From an uncultured virus (IMG/VR IMGVR_UViG_3300035182_002505) (Duplodnaviria; Heunggongvirae; Uroviricota; Caudoviricetes), in the IMG/VR virus record IMGVR_UViG_3300035182_002505: a DNA stretch of 64,000 nucleotides; one strand, given 5' to 3'. Under the pieces are notes generated by a model. It did no database searches, was not told where the DNA came from, and worked only from the letters and a program-made list of their open reading frames with translations. Shown here in pieces: positions 59,618-64,000 of this stretch. The position numbers and the translations under genes are program-made. Within the stretch, counting starts at the first letter, position 1. The number at the start of each line of letters is the position of its first letter.

Positions 59618-60931
59618 CTAACGTCGACGAGGCGACAGGGTAAATGAAGGGTCTTGAAAGAAGCCAGAGGAGTCGAGGTGGTTGATGGTGGCCACGACAT
59701 TCGGATGAACGAAGTCGCGATTGCCGCTGAGATCGCGGAGGAGTCGATTTCGCATACGAAAGTACACGGTCGATCGACGGTTGTTGTCGAAGATCTGTAC
59801 CGGGATACTCTCTTGCAGAGCGAATCTCTCCTTGATCAGCTCGATCACTTGATCGCGCACACGGACACCGTGGATGAACTGGTCGGTCCTGGCCTTGTTA
59901 TTGGCGATGGACGACTGCAAGGTGCTTGCGCTAACGAACTCGGTGGCCTGGGGAATGCGTCCGGTACGGGCCACAAACTCTTCGAGAATCCCCGGCTTTG
60001 ACATGATCCGACCCACGTGGTCAGCGATGCGCTTGGACTCTCCTGGAAGGATGGTGGCGAACTTTGAAATTCCGCCAATCGGAGAGAAATTCGTGCGCAG
60101 GGCCTCGGTGAGTCGGCCATCGACGAGGGCATCGACGCTGCTCGCGGAACGGCCGGTGTAATTAACCCTGCCTTCGGCGACATAGTTCTTTCCAATCGCA
60201 AACCCCTCGGACTTCATCGCATCGCCGGGCCGCTTGTGCTCGGCGACATAGTTCTTTCCAATCGCAAACCCCTCGGACTTCATCGCATCGCGAGCCTTGC
60301 GCATGTCGCGGATCGCGATGAACCGATCAAGGTCTGCGTTGGCCCGCTTGAGGTTGGCCAGCTCCTCGGCCGAGGAGATCTCCTCGTTGTCGCGGGCGAT
60401 GCGACGCTGAAGCTCCATCTCTTCCTGGGGTGTCATGACGGACGAATAGGACATGCCTCGCCTTTTCTTGCCAACGAACGGCATCATCTCGGACGTGAGC
60501 CCGGCCACCGGGAAGGCCACCAGGTTCTGGCGATCGGAGCGGCTCTTGCTGACATGAACAACCACGGGCACGTAGCGGGCCTTCTGCATTCGGGCGAGCT
60601 TGTCTTGGGCGCGCCTGGCCACGGCATCGAGCCCGCCCATGCGAAGAGCCGAGTCGACGACGGCCATGGACTCGTGCGTGAGCCTCGTGAACAGCACCTC
60701 GTCGCACAGCTCCCACGAGAGAGGGAAGGCATGAACCTGATCAAGGAAGCCTTCGATCGCCCCGGGCGCGACCCAGGTGGCAAAAGCAGCTTCGACGGCG
60801 AGCACGGAGTCCGGCAGGAAGAAGCACTTTTCGCGAAAGAAAGCCTTTTCTTGCGAAGGCGGTGTCTTATTTAGCTTCCCGGTATTCTCAGCGAAGTAAG
60901 CGAGCAACTTGATCTTTTTTTCGATATTCAT
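59618..60931 (-). CDS. Hypothetical protein with internal 52-bp duplication
   Basis: TGATG-coupled; DAMKSEGFAIGKNYVAE twice. Confidence 0.6.
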   Translation of the reverse strand: MNIEKKIKLLAYFAENTGKLNKTPPSQEKAFFREKCFFLPDSVLAVEAAFATWVAPGAIEGFLDQVHAFPLSWELCDEVLFTRLTHESMAVVDSALRMGGLDAVARRAQDKLARMQKARYVPVVVHVSKSRSDRQNLVAFPVAGLTSEMMPFVGKKRRGMSYSSVMTPQEEMELQRRIARDNEEISSAEELANLKRANADLDRFIAIRDMRKARDAMKSEGFAIGKNYVAEHKRPGDAMKSEGFAIGKNYVAEGRVNYTGRSASSVDALVDGRLTEALRTNFSPIGGISKFATILPGESKRIADHVGRIMSKPGILEEFVARTGRIPQATEFVSASTLQSSIANNKARTDQFIHGVRVRDQVIELIKERFALQESIPVQIFDNNRRSTVYFRMRNRLLRDLSGNRDFVHPNVVATINHLDSSGFFQDPSFTLSPRRR

Positions 60932-61893
60932 CACGCGCTGACTTTCTTCACGTATTTCTTGTAAACGTACCGACCACCGAAGAGAATGCCGGCGACGACG
61001 ACCAGGCCACCCAGGACCTTGCTGACGGCCCTGGCGCCGGAGACGATCGGGGACGAACTGGCTGGGACGGCCAGGGAGACATCGACATCGTCGGCGTCGG
61101 GCGCCGGTAGCGCGGGGATGACCGGGCAACTTGTCGCGTCGGCCCGGAGCGGGAGCTGGGTGCAGTCCTCGTAGCCGACCACCCGGCGCCCCTGAAAGGG
61201 CCGGCCGGAGGCATCGAGGGACACGCTGCCATCGGGGTTGACCTTGCAGGCCCACAGTTCACCTGTTCGACGTCCCTGATCATCCGTTCCGGTCCAGACC
61301 TCGGACCAGGCGCGGACGACGAGGTCGATGCCGGGCTGTCCCCCATCGACCGAGTGGACAATGCCGTCCTTCTCGAAGAGCACGGTGAACTCATGCTCGC
61401 CGGAGAAGCCGTCGCCTCGGGAGAACCCGCCGTCAGAGGCCAGGCCAATGATGACCGCGTCGCCGGGCCCGGGGAGCGGCGTCCCCTCGACCCACGGGAT
61501 GCCCGAGCGCCAGGCGCCGATAGACTCGGCGAATTCCTTCTCCTGCTCGACGGCGAAGTCACCGGCGTTGACCCGGTCGGCGTACCAGCGGTAGAGGGCC
61601 GGGTTGTCGACGCCGGCGGCGCGCTCGATCGCCTCCCGGGTGACGCCGCAGGTCGACTGCGTGGCTGCCTGGCCATCGGCCTGGGCGATCTGCATGTCCG
61701 TCGCCTGCTCGACGGGCAAGATGTTGTCGAAATACAGGCGGTGGATGTACTCGTTCTGTGTCTTTGGGTCCTGGTAGGCGAGGGGCCCGTCGATCATGAG
61801 ATTGATCGCTGCTACCAGGAACCGGCAGCGCGGCATACCGACGCGCAGAGAAGTCCTGGCTGTCTCGCGGAGCACGTAATCAAACGAGGTCAT
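60931..61893 (-). CDS. CHAP-like hydrolase with C-terminal TM, paralog of 23139 gene
   Basis: STCG, PGPGDAVIIG, EHEFTV..HSVDGGQ. Confidence 0.55.
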   Translation of the reverse strand: MTSFDYVLRETARTSLRVGMPRCRFLVAAINLMIDGPLAYQDPKTQNEYIHRLYFDNILPVEQATDMQIAQADGQAATQSTCGVTREAIERAAGVDNPALYRWYADRVNAGDFAVEQEKEFAESIGAWRSGIPWVEGTPLPGPGDAVIIGLASDGGFSRGDGFSGEHEFTVLFEKDGIVHSVDGGQPGIDLVVRAWSEVWTGTDDQGRRTGELWACKVNPDGSVSLDASGRPFQGRRVVGYEDCTQLPLRADATSCPVIPALPAPDADDVDVSLAVPASSSPIVSGARAVSKVLGGLVVVAGILFGGRYVYKKYVKKVSA

Positions 61894-62519
61894 TTCGCCC
61901 CCTTCTTCCTGGCTGATTGAGCGGGCGAAACACGGCCGGCGTCAGACTCTTCCGAATCCGTCTCTGCTGCATCCTTCTGCGCATCCTCGATCTTTTTCGC
62001 ACGGACTCGCTCGGTCTTCGCCTGCGACTTGATAATGAAGCGGACCTGATTGGCGACGTAGGTCATGTCGCGAACGTTCTTGCCTGTCCGCAGCCGATCG
62101 AGAAGGTATGGGGCTCTGGCGTCGAGGATGGTCGCCGCCTTTTTTGCCTCATCCTCGTTGCCGTAGCTGTCGACAAATGTGCCGTCGTCGAGCATCAGCA
62201 CGAAGGAATCGCGGTCCTTGTGGCGAACCAAGACAACGTGAACGGTCGACCCCTTCTGCATGATGGGGTACTTGGCCGCATTGTAGACGAAGACGTCGCC
62301 CATGATCGGGTTGCTGCGTCTGGACGCGACGAGCGGGATGCCTTCGGCGGCCGCCCGCTGGAAGAGAAGACCGATCTTGCCCGCCTCGTCAGCCTTCCGG
62401 GCACGATCGGTCAGGCGCAGCCGAGCCCACAGGGAGCGAAGCTGCCGGTTGCCAAGGGAATCGAGGAGTTCGGTGACGTCCACCGAGCAGAGGGTACCGG
62501 AGTCGAGGTCCGGCCACAA
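61890..62519 (-). CDS. Hypothetical protein
   Basis: ATGA-coupled; start uncertain. Confidence 0.55.
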   Translation of the reverse strand: MWPDLDSGTLCSVDVTELLDSLGNRQLRSLWARLRLTDRARKADEAGKIGLLFQRAAAEGIPLVASRRSNPIMGDVFVYNAAKYPIMQKGSTVHVVLVRHKDRDSFVLMLDDGTFVDSYGNEDEAKKAATILDARAPYLLDRLRTGKNVRDMTYVANQVRFIIKSQAKTERVRAKKIEDAQKDAAETDSEESDAGRVSPAQSARKKGAK

Positions 62520-62648
62520 AAGCCAGCGCGCCCGCTCCTGTCTTGGCCGTTTTGGCGAGAAAACGAAGGGTGCGGTACCGTCTAGGGCGCGCCCGTCGGC
62601 AGAGCACTCCCTCGCCCTCTTTCCTCGCCTCCACGGAACGATCCTCCC

Positions 62649-63992
62649 ATGCCCCTGCCTACCGACCTCACGAGCAACCTGCCGAAGGTACCGGATCTGA
62701 CGGCCCTCCTCCAGGACGTCACGCTGGCGAAGTCCGTCGACTCGCTACTTCCGCCCGAACTACAGGGTAGCGGGGTGACCGATGAGCTGATCAAGGCCAT
62801 CCAGTCGGGGGCCGTTTCAACTGCTGACGCGGACGCGCTGATCAAGAAAGGAATCTCGGCCGGTGCGGGGGCGGCGTGCGCGGCAGCGAGTGGCGGCACA
62901 CTGGCGATGCTTTGCACCGGCGTGGCGAACGCAGTCCTGGCACAGACAGGCAGCTTCTTCGCCCATGCGGTTGATCCGACTCCGCCCAACGCGGACATGT
63001 TCGACCTGCTGATGGACCCGATGGGCGTAGCGCGTGCCGACATGATGGACCAGTTGCACGACAAGAAGGCAGACCTGCTTGTTCAAATCCTGCCGATGGC
63101 TGGCGGAGACCCTGAATCGGAGAAAGCCATTCAGGATCTGGTAGACACCTTTTACGAAAGCAAAAACGGCTTCGACGGTGTCACGTTGAAGCCCGACCCC
63201 GTCAACCGCCCTGACGACTTCCCTGCGGCGTACGGGTACATGCTTCCGCTGCTCGGTCCGCAGATCTTTTACACGGACCCCGACACGGGCGACACGTTCG
63301 AGAACACGTTCTCCGATGTCAACGCTGCCTGGTGGGAGCCCTACTTCAAGAAGCTCGGCAAGACCTACAAGGACGCAGGGATCAACGTCGACGTCGGCAT
63401 CAAGCAGATGATCGCCAAGGCGAAGACCATGTACCCGCAGCAGCTCGCCTACACGCAGCCTCAGATGAGGCAGCAAGTGGAGGCGATGCTCGATGCACAA
63501 CACTTTCTCTACCCGGCCCTGGATGACGCCTTCAAGTTGCGCCTCAAGAACGTGATGGCGGGTGTCGCGATCAAGGCAAAGCAGAACCTGATCAAGCAGA
63601 TCGACAACCTGACCCACGAGCTTGTCGTTCGCAGCGGCACGAGTCCGATGGACAAGGACGGTGTTGAAAAGATGCGCCAGAAGGCCATCCAGTACGCCGA
63701 TGAGCTGAGCAGTGGCTCACCACCCAGCAAGGTGGCTCAAGAGATCGACCGGGACGTGGGCACCCGCACCGATGCACTTCCGGACCTGACTCCTCTGGCC
63801 AACATCAGCGCCGCCCCGATCGCTGCTGACCTGAGCATGGAGAAGATCGAAAAAAAGCACTCGCACCCATTTCTCAAGGCGGTTGCCATCCTGGCGGGTG
63901 TTGCCGTCGTCGGCGCGGGTGGTGTGGCGCTGTATCGCAAGAGCAAGGGGCTCCCCATCGTCCCGACCAACTTCCGCCGTCCCCTCAAGTGA
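62649..63992 (+). CDS. Helical protein with C-terminal TM and basic tail
   Basis: GC3 bias; AVAILAGVAVVGAGGVALYRKSK. Confidence 0.7.
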   Translation: MPLPTDLTSNLPKVPDLTALLQDVTLAKSVDSLLPPELQGSGVTDELIKAIQSGAVSTADADALIKKGISAGAGAACAAASGGTLAMLCTGVANAVLAQTGSFFAHAVDPTPPNADMFDLLMDPMGVARADMMDQLHDKKADLLVQILPMAGGDPESEKAIQDLVDTFYESKNGFDGVTLKPDPVNRPDDFPAAYGYMLPLLGPQIFYTDPDTGDTFENTFSDVNAAWWEPYFKKLGKTYKDAGINVDVGIKQMIAKAKTMYPQQLAYTQPQMRQQVEAMLDAQHFLYPALDDAFKLRLKNVMAGVAIKAKQNLIKQIDNLTHELVVRSGTSPMDKDGVEKMRQKAIQYADELSSGSPPSKVAQEIDRDVGTRTDALPDLTPLANISAAPIAADLSMEKIEKKHSHPFLKAVAILAGVAVVGAGGVALYRKSKGLPIVPTNFRRPLK

Positions 63993-64000
63993 CCATGGCC

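Overview
GC-rich, densely coding 64-kb segment that looks like part of a large phage, prophage or plasmid-like element. Host-like genes (Cys-rich lipoprotein, Zn/sigma-4 HTH proteins, PHA-granule-type protein, DnaG) suggest a myxobacterial host, which is an inference. No capsid, terminase, rRNA, tRNA or CRISPR array was recognised. It carries collagen-like fibre genes, an intein-containing SNF2 helicase, DnaG, a RusA-like resolvase, dTMP kinase, four DNA methyltransferase genes (one deleted), papain and CHAP-like hydrolases, a hydrolase-GH73 fusion, an R-S-E ADP-ribosyltransferase and a serine recombinase. Main findings: (1) a 5.1-kb IS1-family cargo transposon (14453-19554) with an exact 8-bp target duplication and end motifs reiterated at a strict 20-bp period; (2) four fibre genes sharing an N-terminal anchor, two of them sharing a perfect 91-bp inverted repeat 48.5 kb apart with an internal dyad; (3) an HNH gene that replaced its neighbour's 3' end; (4) a Ser-starting intein with the class 3 WCT signature; (5) widespread leaderless TANNNT-N6/7-ATG starts; (6) small genes broken by in-frame TAG codons. 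All family calls come from reading motifs by eye; no database searches were run.
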